A DNA stretch of 64,000 nucleotides from positions 60,214 through 124,213 of the forward strand of contig JAPLDO010000078.1 in NCBI GenBank assembly GCA_026391715.1. Direction: 5' to 3'. A program made the translations under genes and the position numbers. Of the stretch, positions 1 through 9,953 are shown one piece after another (the stretch's first letter is position 1; every line of letters starts with the position of its first letter). This stretch comes from Bacteroidota bacterium (GTDB taxonomy: Bacteria; Bacteroidota; Bacteroidia; Bacteroidales; FEN-979). The notes below the pieces were generated by a model. That model had not been told where the DNA came from, did not search any database, and saw only the letters and a program-made list of their open reading frames with translations.

Positions 1-3000
1 CTTTCCCCACTTGCGTATCCAACTGAGTTTTGATGCTCGTATTGAAATTTTTATCTTTTGCTCTCATTCCATGATAGGCGAGGTTGGCATATTCCGAAAC
101 CATATTGTTGATTTCAACCATTTCAAACTCGCCGGTTCGCCCTCTCGAATGTTGCAACATCCCCTTTACAATGCTTTCGGCTCTTTTGCCATGTTCATTT
201 ATTTTCGTGACATTCCCTTTGATCATTCCAATTACTTCATCAATATCGGCATATTTTTCAGGAGTGAGAACGTCTTTCAGACCGGTAATAAAATCAACAA
301 GTTCATCGGCAAGATCGGCGGAAAGGGATGAGAAATTATTGACGAAATTCAGGGGATTTTGAATTTCATGGGCAATACCGGCGATAAGTTCGCCCAAAGA
401 GGCAAGTTTTTCCGACTGAACCAACTGATCCTGGGTGTCCTTGAGATTTTGCAGCGTTTGTTGAAGGTTTTCGAGTATTCTGGTGCGAATGAAGGCAGAA
501 ATAATATGCTCCTTTGAATTTTTGATAAAGCTGACGTCTTTCGGTTCAAATGCATTTTCGCGGTTCAGGTTTTCAAAAATCAGGAAAGCCTCCACCTTAT
601 TTTCAACCCTGATTACCAAAATTACCATTGACTTTGGTTTTGTCAGAGCATTTAATTCCGGGATATCATCAAACGAGGAAAATTCGGTTTTTATAAAAAT
701 ATCTTCAAAAATTTCCTCCGCATTCTTCAGGTAACAGTTTTCTGCCTGATTCAGGGAAAGTGTAATATTATAGAGTTGTTGATTACTCCAACCAAAGCTG
801 GCTTTGAATTTACAGGCGTCTAATTTTTTATCATAAACCAGCGCCGAAGATTTTTCGGCAGAGCGAATTACCTTCATTTTTTCGAGCAATGACTGGAGAA
901 GGTTCTCAAAGTTTATTTCAACATTGATTGATTTTACGGCTGTATTTATTTTCTCAAGCTCGTCGTTTTTATCGCTGAGTTCTTCCGATTGTTTTTCGAT
1001 CTCCTCCTTTTGCTGAACAACTTCAGCGGTACGCGCGGCAATTCGCTGTTCGAGTACCCGCTTTTCTTTCATCAGTTGACGGTTGCGGTAAATCATTATG
1101 ACATATATCAAACCGCCGGCAAGGAGAGCATACATAAGGTACGCCCAGAATGTAGTAAACCATGGCGAAAGTATGCGGAAACTCACATCGGCTTCGGCGG
1201 AAATTATTCCATAAATATTGCGCGATTTAACCCGAAATTGGAAATCTCCCTTTGGAAGGTTTGTGTATTCCTTGTGCGACTGGGTTGTCCAATCCGACCA
1301 GGTTTCCTCAAAGCCTTCGAGGATGTACTGGTACTGGTTCTCGCCCATTGCAGCATAATATGGCGAGCTAAATTCAAAACGCAGAGAGTTATCGCTGTAG
1401 TGCAAAACAATGTTTCTGCGGCTCAAAATGGTATCGCCTGAGCCTTCATTACCTGAATAGATTACCGAATCGTTTCGGATTATTATCTTGCGAATAAGCG
1501 TAGGCGAAGGATCGAGATTCACTTTTTTCACTAACGGGTTATACCTTATTAGTCCGTCGGGACCGCCAAACCAGGCAATTCCATTGTTTTCGGGATAAAT
1601 AGCCCAGATAACATAATCGGAAATGGATAAAAAAGGAGTACTTAATGGTTTGTACCGGGCGCCACTTTTTACCAAAAGCATTACATCGGTTTCATCGCCA
1701 TTATTAACCCACAGATTTCCAGTTGATGTTGGCGTTATTATTGAAAACCATTGTTCGTTTCCTGGCGCCTGTCCGGGACACAAAGTTATCGGGTCAAATG
1801 AATGTGTCGCTTCGTTAAACACGAAAACTCCCTTTCGGGTCGAAACGCTCATCTGCTGTCCGATCGGGTTAATCGAACTTCCAATATCATCGGGCAAACC
1901 ATTTTTCTGAGTATAAAACACAGGTGAGCGATCTCCCGGCGCATACCGAAATACGCCTTTGGATAAGGTTGAACCCCAGATGTTTCCATAACCATCAGGT
2001 TGCAGGTCGGTGATTTCCACTTCCGGTCCTTCAAATTTTTCGAATTGCCACCGTCCATTTTGCTTTTTTAAACTGAAAAAACCGCGCATCTCGCCAATAA
2101 ATATCGAAGAAGGATCTTTTTGCGAACGCACAATTGACATGGCAAAGCCCTCCTTAATAATGGTTGCTTTTTTATTTATTACCTGAAAAATTCCCTGAGA
2201 AGTAGCTGCCAGTAAACCGTTTTCGTAAGGAATAGTACACCAGCACGCCGTGATTATATCCTGAATAGGCAGAAATCCGAAAGCCGTTTCATCGTAATAA
2301 TATAATCCCTGGTAGGTGGAGATATAAAGAGTATTATCAATCCTGATGATATTGTTCACAGCCCCGTTCAGCCCCGATTGTTCATCAAAGAAAGTGAGGG
2401 GAGAAGGGATTTCAACCATCACAATGCCATTGTTTAAGGCAGCCCATAGAATATTCTTGTCGTCGGTAAAAAGGTCCTGGACAAACTCATTCCGTATCGA
2501 GGCTTTTTTGTCAATGATTTGTTTGATGGAGCCGTCGCTGTTGATGATGATAATTCCCCGCTGCGACGTTCCTATGGCATAAGAGCCGTCGGCTAAAATT
2601 TCGCCGGTGGTGACAAGGCTTTTCATCAAAAGATTGTCAGAGCTGGCGACAAAATTTTTGATCCCTTCGGAGTCAAAAAGGTATAAACCTTGCGTTCCGG
2701 TGATTATCAGAATACGCCCATCCGGATAAGGTAGCATTGCTTTAATTTCAATAGCGTCGGAAAACAGATTGCCATCTGGCGCGGCGGCGACTTGCCCATT
2801 GTTATACGAGCATAAGCCTTTATCTTTTAATTGCAGATACAGGGTTTTATTTACGTAAAACGCGTTTGTAATTTCATTTGGCGATTGCCAAGGTTTAAGT
2901 TTTCCGTCATCCAGAACAAGTATCATGTTTCTGGTTACAAAATATATTACTCCGGCAGCGGGAAAAATTTGTAAAACATCTGAAAACGAAGGATTTGAAG

Positions 3001-3373
3001 AGTCGGCGGAATTTAAAAGACTTTTAAAATACATCCTTCCGTTATCATCCGATTCAAGAGAGCCGATTTCACTTCTTGCCCCCACATAGATTTTTCCTGC
3101 CGAATCGGTTGCCAGGGCTGAAACCTTGGTAGTTTTTTCAGTTGGAATCAGCCGCCAGAATTCTCCGTCATATTGGAGTACGCCGGCAAAGTTGCCAAAA
3201 TAGATCATTCCGCGTCGGTCGCTCGTAATTGCAAAATTCTGGGCGTGAGCCTTGTATTCAAAGGGAGCAAAATTTTTTAAAAACGGAAATCCGGGTTCAT
3301 TATCAGTGAGTGATTGCCCACTGATTATTCCCTGGATAAAAAGTAGCAGGAAGGTAATGACCAATTTATTCAT
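1..3373 (-). CDS. Sensor histidine kinase with periplasmic beta-propeller / Y_Y_Y-type domain (3' end cut by window edge)
   Basis: Absent from the supplied ORF track because it has no stop inside the window. Manual reverse translation from ATG at 3373-3371 (ATGA overlap with the upstream stop at 3370-3372) stays open to position 1. It reads: MNKLVITFLLLFIQGIISGQS signal; repeated propeller-like segments; LRFEFSSPYYAAMGENQYQYILEGFEETWSDW...FQFRVKSRN (Y_Y_Y-like); TM FWAYLMYALLAGGLIYVIMIY; coiled coil; H-box LGELIAGIAHEIQNPLNF. The ATPase domain lies beyond the window. Confidence 0.8.
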   Translation of the reverse strand, partial: MNKLVITFLLLFIQGIISGQSLTDNEPGFPFLKNFAPFEYKAHAQNFAITSDRRGMIYFGNFAGVLQYDGEFWRLIPTEKTTKVSALATDSAGKIYVGARSEIGSLESDDNGRMYFKSLLNSADSSNPSFSDVLQIFPAAGVIYFVTRNMILVLDDGKLKPWQSPNEITNAFYVNKTLYLQLKDKGLCSYNNGQVAAAPDGNLFSDAIEIKAMLPYPDGRILIITGTQGLYLFDSEGIKNFVASSDNLLMKSLVTTGEILADGSYAIGTSQRGIIIINSDGSIKQIIDKKASIRNEFVQDLFTDDKNILWAALNNGIVMVEIPSPLTFFDEQSGLNGAVNNIIRIDNTLYISTYQGLYYYDETAFGFLPIQDIITACWCTIPYENGLLAATSQGIFQVINKKATIIKEGFAMSIVRSQKDPSSIFIGEMRGFFSLKKQNGRWQFEKFEGPEVEITDLQPDGYGNIWGSTLSKGVFRYAPGDRSPVFYTQKNGLPDDIGSSINPIGQQMSVSTRKGVFVFNEATHSFDPITLCPGQAPGNEQWFSIITPTSTGNLWVNNGDETDVMLLVKSGARYKPLSTPFLSISDYVIWAIYPENNGIAWFGGPDGLIRYNPLVKKVNLDPSPTLIRKIIIRNDSVIYSGNEGSGDTILSRRNIVLHYSDNSLRFEFSSPYYAAMGENQYQYILEGFEETWSDWTTQSHKEYTNLPKGDFQFRVKSRNIYGIISAEADVSFRILSPWFTTFWAYLMYALLAGGLIYVIMIYRNRQLMKEKRVLEQRIAARTAEVVQQKEEIEKQSEELSDKNDELEKINTAVKSINVEINFENLLQSLLEKMKVIRSAEKSSALVYDKKLDACKFKASFGWSNQQLYNITLSLNQAENCYLKNAEEIFEDIFIKTEFSSFDDIPELNALTKPKSMVILVIRVENKVEAFLIFENLNRENAFEPKDVSFIKNSKEHIISAFIRTRILENLQQTLQNLKDTQDQLVQSEKLASLGELIAGIAHEIQNPLNFVNNFSSLSADLADELVDFITGLKDVLTPEKYADIDEVIGMIKGNVTKINEHGKRAESIVKGMLQHSRGRTGEFEMVEINNMVSEYANLAYHGMRAKDKNFNTSIKTQLDTQVGK

Positions 3374-6300
3374 ACTCCTTCATTTTGACATTGTTTTTTG
3401 AAAATCCTGAAATATCTTTCGGCAAATACAACATCGCCTGTCATTAATTCATAAAGACGCTCGCGCGGTATCGAAATTGTAAATCCATCGTCGAAACTAA
3501 CTGAAAATGTATCTGCGGGTTTATCAGTGGCTGAACCGGCAGCCTGATCGGTATTTGCTGCATCCTCAAGGTTTATCAGAAGATGTGTGATTTCGTTTTC
3601 AGGCAGAGTTGAGAACAGCTCGGTATTTTTCAGCAATACAACTTTTTGGAATATCAGCTTGTCAGATTTCCGCTCGAAGGATTTGATTTTTTCTACGATA
3701 CCGGTTATTTTTTCCCTGTCTTTTTTATCAAACCTGATCATTGTATCAAAATAGTAGCCGCGGTTCCGGTTAAAAAGTCCCCAGGCGGCAAGTTCGCCAA
3801 GCAGGGGGTCGGAATTAACGAGGTTGGCTGCCAGCAATTCTTCTGTGAGATTATTATCGGGCATTTCAGCGCAAAGGGCGGAGATAGCGCATGCTTTGGT
3901 CCACCGGTTTGAATATGAATAGCCTTTGTTGACGATATCATGCAGCCGTTCTTCGATGTTCATTTTTTCTTGCGGAAAACGCAGGCTGAACCGGCTTAAC
4001 CTCTCGTGAACCGGTAAATCTTCGAAGATCGGAAAAAACAACTCCTTAATCTCATCTGAAATCATCATATCTCCGATTTCAAGCGCGTAAATCTTTGCGT
4101 TGATATCAGTACTTTCAATATTTTCGCGGATATGCCTGATTGTTTTTGAATCATAGAGCAGCGAAAGCAAAAGGAAAACATGTTCCTTTTTTTCTTCCAG
4201 CTCCTGTAGCAGCGCTAATTGCAGATCGCCGGCATTTTTAGAGCCGGCAATATCATTCAGCGATGCAAGAATCCATAAAATGTTTTCTGCCGATTCTTCA
4301 ATGGCGTCTTTGATAAGGGAAATTTCCAACGCCGACGCATGGTACTCTAAGTTGCTCAGCGCTAATAAAACCCGGTAACGTATATCTTTATCTGGATGGT
4401 TTATTTTGTCGCGAAGGAATTTAATGGATTTGGCGCTTCCGATGGATTCATAAATGCTGATGATTTTAAGTTGCGGCGCTTTGTGACCGCTTATTTTTTC
4501 AAACAAGCGGTCAACGTCGGCAAGAATTGGTTCGCCAATTTTTTTTATGGCAATTGCCGCTGAATTGGAGAACTCCGGCACAATCAGCAGCTCGATGATA
4601 TAAGTCCACAACTCATATCTTTTGATTTTTCCGCAGGATAGAATAGCCGCTTTTATAATCTCCGGATCAGGGTCTTTTAGCAAATTGACGAGTAGCTTGA
4701 AAGTGGCGTACCTGCCCGATGAACCGAGAAGACGGGCAGCACTGAGCCGCTCGCCGGCATGGTTTGAGCCGGCAAGCTCCTTCATAAGTTCAAAAGTATA
4801 ATCCTCGGCAGTTTTTAACGATAAGATGGTTTCTTCAATAAGGAGGTTCATTTCGGGCGCTTCAGACCGATTTTTAATCCTCAAAAGAAAAGGCAGGGTG
4901 GCGACGAGTTGTTTTTCTCTGATTTTTTTTAAAATGGCATCTTTTACAGGAAACGCGGCAAGGTGGTATGTGGCTTCAAGAATTTTTTCAACCATTCCCG
5001 GCTCCGCTTTTTCCAATATTTCATAATTGCGTTGAAACTGCTCAAAGTTCGAATCGGAAAGTATCTTACCATACATGACGACAATTGAGTCGCGCTCTTC
5101 GGGTTCGGAACTTTTAAGTTCGCTCAACTTAGTTTTAATCATCTTTCGGTATTCATCATACATTTTAAATGCGACCCAAATCCACAGTCCAAGTACCACA
5201 ATAAATATCCAGGTGTAATGAACAAGCGTGATGAACGGAAAGATGGAAAATATTAAGATTACAGCGCCTGTGATGACAGTTCCAGAGGCTTTTGGAATAC
5301 CTTCGATTTGATTTTGAAAAGGGAGACGCTGTTCGGTGGGAACAGGTTGGTACAACAACTGAAACGCCGGTTCGTAAAAAGCTCCCCGGATTGATCTTTC
5401 AAAAAGGCGGGCAAGGGCAATAAAGGAGAAAAACATGCCTATCGGACCATAGAGAGCTCCGAATCCCGCCGCCAGAATGACGCTGAAAATAAGAATGATT
5501 GGCAATGACAGTAAACTGGGACGGAGTCCGTATTTATTGAGAAACCTTCCTGATACCAGCTTTAACAGAATCTCAAAGAATGCCAGGGAACCCAGGAAAA
5601 TTGCGAGGAACCGGGCAATGTCCTGCGGATTGTTTGCAAATTCAACCTTGGTTTGTGCGAGGAATAAAAAATCAACGAACAAGTATCCAAATATAGGAAG
5701 CAGCGCCATCAGGGAAATTATTCGGAAATAGGGTTTTTTCAGGAGATTCCAGTAATTCCAATCCGATTGGGATGATTTATCAACCTTTACGGCATTAACT
5801 ATTACGGATTTAAGCTGATCTTTAAATGTTGCGAAAATGATCAACACCATTACAAGGCAGATTAACAGAAATAATGAAGCCAGGAAGAGCAGGCTGGGAG
5901 TGTTGAGAAATTTCAGAATCAGCGGTATTGAAAGATAGCCTGTCATGTAAGAAACAACCTCGCCAATGCTGATCAATGCGAAAATTCTTTTTCCCTGCCT
6001 TACATTGAAAAGCCTGCCTGCAACCCCCCAGAAATTGACCAGGAGGATGTAAACCATTACCCTCACCCAGGTGTACATGATAAATGTTATCCAGCTTGAA
6101 TTAAAGGCATAAACGCCAATACTGATTGCGAGAACGCTAAGAAAAACAAAAAGGAATTTAATGACAACCTGGTAGTATAAACTCAATTTTTTATCGAGAT
6201 GTGAAAACATCCACCAAGCCACATAGATGATTATACCTGAAGCAATAAACGATACCGGTATCATTTTGGGCTTGAAATGCTTAAGAAAAATAGCATTGGA

Positions 6301-6423
6301 GGCGGTAAAATAAAAGGAGATGGACATTCCGATAAAAAACGAAAACACCATCAACATGAGTACAGGTTTATACTCCTCGCTGCGGATATTCAGTATTTTC
6401 GTTAACCACGATCTCTGTCTCAT
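3370..6423 (-). CDS. TLC/Npt-like (ATP/ADP-translocase-type) polytopic membrane domain fused to HEAT/ARM-like repeats and a C-terminal cyclic-nucleotide-binding-like region
   Basis: ORF 3370..6486. I prefer the ATG at 6423 (MRQRSWLTKILNIRSEEYKPVLMLMVF...), which leaves a 10-nt gap to the upstream stop instead of a 53-nt overlap. The first ~450 aa contain about 11-12 hydrophobic helices. The middle has repeated helical units (AARLLGSSGRY..LLKDPDPEIIKAAILSCGKI, DKDIRYRVLLALSNL) typical of HEAT repeats. The tail (LLKNTELFSTLPENEITHLLINL...) is cNMP-binding-like but degenerate. Confidence 0.7.
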   Translation of the reverse strand: MRQRSWLTKILNIRSEEYKPVLMLMVFSFFIGMSISFYFTASNAIFLKHFKPKMIPVSFIASGIIIYVAWWMFSHLDKKLSLYYQVVIKFLFVFLSVLAISIGVYAFNSSWITFIMYTWVRVMVYILLVNFWGVAGRLFNVRQGKRIFALISIGEVVSYMTGYLSIPLILKFLNTPSLLFLASLFLLICLVMVLIIFATFKDQLKSVIVNAVKVDKSSQSDWNYWNLLKKPYFRIISLMALLPIFGYLFVDFLFLAQTKVEFANNPQDIARFLAIFLGSLAFFEILLKLVSGRFLNKYGLRPSLLSLPIILIFSVILAAGFGALYGPIGMFFSFIALARLFERSIRGAFYEPAFQLLYQPVPTEQRLPFQNQIEGIPKASGTVITGAVILIFSIFPFITLVHYTWIFIVVLGLWIWVAFKMYDEYRKMIKTKLSELKSSEPEERDSIVVMYGKILSDSNFEQFQRNYEILEKAEPGMVEKILEATYHLAAFPVKDAILKKIREKQLVATLPFLLRIKNRSEAPEMNLLIEETILSLKTAEDYTFELMKELAGSNHAGERLSAARLLGSSGRYATFKLLVNLLKDPDPEIIKAAILSCGKIKRYELWTYIIELLIVPEFSNSAAIAIKKIGEPILADVDRLFEKISGHKAPQLKIISIYESIGSAKSIKFLRDKINHPDKDIRYRVLLALSNLEYHASALEISLIKDAIEESAENILWILASLNDIAGSKNAGDLQLALLQELEEKKEHVFLLLSLLYDSKTIRHIRENIESTDINAKIYALEIGDMMISDEIKELFFPIFEDLPVHERLSRFSLRFPQEKMNIEERLHDIVNKGYSYSNRWTKACAISALCAEMPDNNLTEELLAANLVNSDPLLGELAAWGLFNRNRGYYFDTMIRFDKKDREKITGIVEKIKSFERKSDKLIFQKVVLLKNTELFSTLPENEITHLLINLEDAANTDQAAGSATDKPADTFSVSFDDGFTISIPRERLYELMTGDVVFAERYFRIFKKQCQNEGV

Positions 6424-6433
6424 GCAAATGCTG

Positions 6434-7312
6434 TCATTTTGTAAGGAAGTGATGGTCGGGAACTTTGTACATTTCGCTACGGTCATCCGTTGCTGGTTTC
6501 AGCAGTAATTGTTTGATCTCTTCCGGGAGTTCAGCGCTGAAGTCAATCTGCGGAACATGCCCACTTTGACCGCCGGCTTTCCGGGCGATGATTTCAGAGA
6601 TCAGTTTTACTCCCATCCAGGCGCTCACGCTCGTGATCTTTTCGAACATTGTTACCACGCTCTTCGGATATGTTCCATCTTCGAGGCAAATGTTTATTGG
6701 CGTTGAAATACCTGTAATGGGACCAATGTCAATAAGTTCCGTAATCTTATGAATTGTAAAGATGGAGGTTTTCAAACCTTTTCTGATTGCCTCATGAAAA
6801 GGTTGCGGACCTATCCCGATATGTTTCGGGAGGTCGGAAGGATGAAAATTATAAGCTCCCATTGCCGGGAAATCAAAGAGAAAAGAATCAAGCTTTTGTC
6901 CGAAAACTAACATAAACAAGACCTCCGGATTCCAGGATTTGTAAATGTTCCTATAATAATCAGTTTTTACCGACCCGGTATAGCAAGGAACGCCAAGGTT
7001 CATGCAGGAATTGATGACTTTGCTTCTTAGCTCTCTTCTCTCCTCATCATCGTATTCGTTCCATACCCTCCTTTTCATCGTTATCCGGGCGTTCGGATTC
7101 ACAGAATCATCAGTGGCAACGCCAATTATATTGAGATGCTCCGGATACCTCTTCTCATAAAGAGCAAGAGCGTTTAAAAGATTATTTCCACCATTGCAAC
7201 TTACAAATAGTACGAGTCTGATACCTTTTCCCTGATTCAGTTTCGGCTTGACCGGCAAAAACAGGTCTCCCCACAGGGATTCAGGATTAGTGATTTTTTT
7301 GTATTCTTTCAT
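6434..7312 (-). CDS. Formyltransferase-family protein
   Basis: 292-aa ORF. The core AYNFHPSDLPKHIGIGPQPFHEAIRKGLKTSIFTIHKITELIDIGPI matches the N-x-H ... D catalytic pattern of the Fmt/PurN formyltransferase fold (N.H.S.LP..RG...G.T.H.....D.G.I). No Fmt C-terminal tRNA-binding domain was recognised. Confidence 0.6.
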   Translation of the reverse strand: MKEYKKITNPESLWGDLFLPVKPKLNQGKGIRLVLFVSCNGGNNLLNALALYEKRYPEHLNIIGVATDDSVNPNARITMKRRVWNEYDDEERRELRSKVINSCMNLGVPCYTGSVKTDYYRNIYKSWNPEVLFMLVFGQKLDSFLFDFPAMGAYNFHPSDLPKHIGIGPQPFHEAIRKGLKTSIFTIHKITELIDIGPITGISTPINICLEDGTYPKSVVTMFEKITSVSAWMGVKLISEIIARKAGGQSGHVPQIDFSAELPEEIKQLLLKPATDDRSEMYKVPDHHFLTK

Positions 7313-7325
7313 TAATAGCGAGTAA

Positions 7326-9923
7326 TTAAAGGTCGTAGGCTAATGTGACCAACAGATGTCTTCCCCGCTGGAGAATGCCGGTAGGACTGTTGACGCCATC
7401 CGCTGCTTTGGTGCCGGGATCAAAATAGGTTGAATTAAGGATGTTGTTGCACACCAACTGAAGGGCAAGTCCTGGAACGATTTTGTTATTTGAATAGGTG
7501 ATTGCCCCATTCAGAATGGCAGTAGAGGGGAAAACACCCGTATTCAATGGCACCGTAGTCCCCTCGCCTGTAATCCGATTTCCGACAAAATTCAGCCGGA
7601 GGTTAATGTTCAATTGATTAAAGAATTCTTTATTAGCGCCAATATTGAACTGATGACTTGAAATATCTCCTACTCTGTTATCAACCTCCCCGGTTTCGGA
7701 ATATATTTGTTTGGGATCGCAGAAGGTATAATTGAAATATGCAGAAAAAGATTCAACCTGATATATGGCATTTGCCTGTATTCCCATGATTCTGAATTTT
7801 CCGATATTCTGATTCTGGATTAATCCCGAACTCCCCACCTTTACGGTTCCAACTACATTGTCAATAAAGTCGTAGTACATCTCCATATCTGCATGGAATG
7901 CCTTGTTCAGTCGAAATCCTGCGCACAACTCAAGGTTTTGTATGTTTTCGGTTTTCAGAGTCGGATTTCCAATCCGGTTCGCCACAACAGAATATTTTGT
8001 CCAGTTCGATACATTCATAATCCCGCTGGAGTAAATGGCTTTGAATGTAAACTTTCCGGGGGAATAAACCAGGGCAAGGCGCGGGCTGACTTTGCTGCCA
8101 AATCCATCGTTGGTACGCACAAGGTTAAAGTCGTAACGAAGTCCGAATGTGATTTTGAAGTTCCGAAAAGCCTGGAAAGTTCCCTGCGAATAGGCTCCTA
8201 AATCCCAGACATTGTACTCATTGCCACCTTTTGGCGAAGGAATGATTACAGCCGAATCTTCCGGCGTTGCAGTCAGGCTGGAATAATATTGTCCCTGCAA
8301 TGTACTGTTACGCACTTCAAATCCTGAAACCAAATCAAACCTCGAAACCGGACGGTATATGACCTTGAATTCTGTACGAAGTTGTTTAGACAGCTCATAC
8401 ATGTAGGTTGTGATCCAGTCAGGGGTTTTGTTTTTGACGAGGTCGGCTAATTTTTTATTTCCGCGGGCATAATTGGATACTGTTACAAAGGTAAAATCAT
8501 CGCTTACCGCATGAATACGATAGGTAGTAACGTTAGAGAAGAAGACTTTTTCACTGATCTGGTTTTCATATTTTGCGAAAAAATAGGACAGTTGAGGGAT
8601 CCAGCTAAATCCGTTGTCGGAACCGGCAACATAAGTGTCAATAAACTGGGTGAGACCACCCCGCCAGTATTTCCAGGTTTGAAAACCAACTGTGAAATTT
8701 CCGATTTTAAGTTTTCCATTCAGCAGCCAGCTTTTGGTTTCATTGGAGAAGCCGATCTTATGTCCTTTTACAATCTGATCATAGCCGGATTTATCCAGGT
8801 TTCGGGCTGTTTCGGCGCCCAATGGCGTCAGTGAAAGCTGGCTTGAATCGGCAGAGACGGTGTAATAAGGATTGCTAAAAGGAAGTTTGTTGGCTATCAG
8901 ATATTGTTTGGCGCCGGCAGACATATCGAGCAGCTTATTATAGTTTACGCCGTTATAGACATCGGGGTTATAATCAAAAAAACTCTGACTCGAAATATCC
9001 ATTTCATCGGAATGGTAAAATCGCCCTGTCACCGTAAAGGCGATATTGCGCTTCTTTCCTGAGACGCTCAGATCCACTGTCTGCGTATTATAGGTTCCAT
9101 AATTTACGCTGGCGCTGATACCAATGCTTTTTCCGGGTTTTATAGCATCTGCCGAATTTCTCGTGATTACGTTGATTACTCCCGCGAAGGCATTCGGTCC
9201 GTACATGGTAGAGGCGGGACCATATATGATTTCAACCCGTTCAATATTCGATAAAGGGTATTGACGATCAATATAAGCCCAGTTGGTCCATAAATCGTTT
9301 TCCTCGATCCCGTCAATAAGCAAAAGGGTTTTTTCTGTGTTGTTTTGCCGGAATCCCCGTTGATAAACGTTGGTATATTCAGGTCCATAAAACATTGTAA
9401 GATCGAATCCCGGCACATCTTTCAAAAGTTCAATAAGGTCGTTATATCCGCGGTTTTCAATATCTTTACGGGTGACAATAATGATAGTGGCAGCCGCTTC
9501 ATAAATATTTTCTTCCTTTTTTGAAACCGATGTTACTACCTGAACGCCTCCCGCTAATTTCTGGCTGTTTACCAACCTGATAAAAGTGGGAGGATCAAAA
9601 AGGTTTGCTTCATAAGTGGGGTTGATCTGAAGGAGATAATTTATTTCAACGGCAGCCTTCAACGACGAATCAATTGCAAGATAACTCATTGCGAGTAACC
9701 GGTAAGCCTCTACCTTTTGTTTTTCATTAAAACCTTTCTGAATACAATGATTCAGCGATTGGAAAACATCCGAAAACTTGCCAAGATCATACGACTTTCG
9801 GGCGTCGTTAAGGGTAACATCGCTGCATATCTGGCTTTTCACAGCCAATGGAATCATTGAAACGCTGATAGAAAAAACCAGAATCAGCATGGTCAGGATT
9901 CGATGGAAGATTTTTATATACAT
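7326..9923 (-). CDS. TonB-dependent receptor-like outer-membrane protein with N-terminal TPR-like extension
   Basis: 865 aa with a signal-like N-terminus. A ~120-aa helical region (KVEAYRLLAMSYLAIDSSLKAAVEINYLLQINPTY) precedes the plug. Plug motifs: IIIVTRKDIENRGYNDLIELLKDVPGF, LLLIDGIEEND, IERVEIIYGPASTMYGPNAFAGVINVIT. A long beta-barrel with aromatic-rich alternating strands follows. Confidence 0.85.
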   Translation of the reverse strand: MYIKIFHRILTMLILVFSISVSMIPLAVKSQICSDVTLNDARKSYDLGKFSDVFQSLNHCIQKGFNEKQKVEAYRLLAMSYLAIDSSLKAAVEINYLLQINPTYEANLFDPPTFIRLVNSQKLAGGVQVVTSVSKKEENIYEAAATIIIVTRKDIENRGYNDLIELLKDVPGFDLTMFYGPEYTNVYQRGFRQNNTEKTLLLIDGIEENDLWTNWAYIDRQYPLSNIERVEIIYGPASTMYGPNAFAGVINVITRNSADAIKPGKSIGISASVNYGTYNTQTVDLSVSGKKRNIAFTVTGRFYHSDEMDISSQSFFDYNPDVYNGVNYNKLLDMSAGAKQYLIANKLPFSNPYYTVSADSSQLSLTPLGAETARNLDKSGYDQIVKGHKIGFSNETKSWLLNGKLKIGNFTVGFQTWKYWRGGLTQFIDTYVAGSDNGFSWIPQLSYFFAKYENQISEKVFFSNVTTYRIHAVSDDFTFVTVSNYARGNKKLADLVKNKTPDWITTYMYELSKQLRTEFKVIYRPVSRFDLVSGFEVRNSTLQGQYYSSLTATPEDSAVIIPSPKGGNEYNVWDLGAYSQGTFQAFRNFKITFGLRYDFNLVRTNDGFGSKVSPRLALVYSPGKFTFKAIYSSGIMNVSNWTKYSVVANRIGNPTLKTENIQNLELCAGFRLNKAFHADMEMYYDFIDNVVGTVKVGSSGLIQNQNIGKFRIMGIQANAIYQVESFSAYFNYTFCDPKQIYSETGEVDNRVGDISSHQFNIGANKEFFNQLNINLRLNFVGNRITGEGTTVPLNTGVFPSTAILNGAITYSNNKIVPGLALQLVCNNILNSTYFDPGTKAADGVNSPTGILQRGRHLLVTLAYDL

Positions 9924-9953
9924 AGATATTGTTGTTAATTTCCTGCTGAAAGT

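Noticed and set aside
349-2582. Plus- and minus-strand short ORFs listed for the first 3.3 kb (for example 989..1441 +, 1623..1910 +)
   Set aside because: The region is covered by an uninterrupted minus-strand frame encoding a propeller/Y_Y_Y histidine kinase. That frame is missing from the track only because its stop is outside the window. The listed ORFs are shadows.
6424-6486. Longest-ORF start of the transporter-HEAT gene at 6486
   Set aside because: It would overlap the upstream formyltransferase-like gene by 53 nt. The ATG at 6423 yields the transporter-family-like N-terminus and a 10-nt spacer. It remains a possible alternative.
7313-9953. Cobalamin or other riboswitch in front of the TonB-dependent receptor or the B12-binding gene (62174-62212)
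   Set aside because: The available spacers are only 13-39 nt, too short for a riboswitch aptamer. No conserved B12-box-like sequence was seen.
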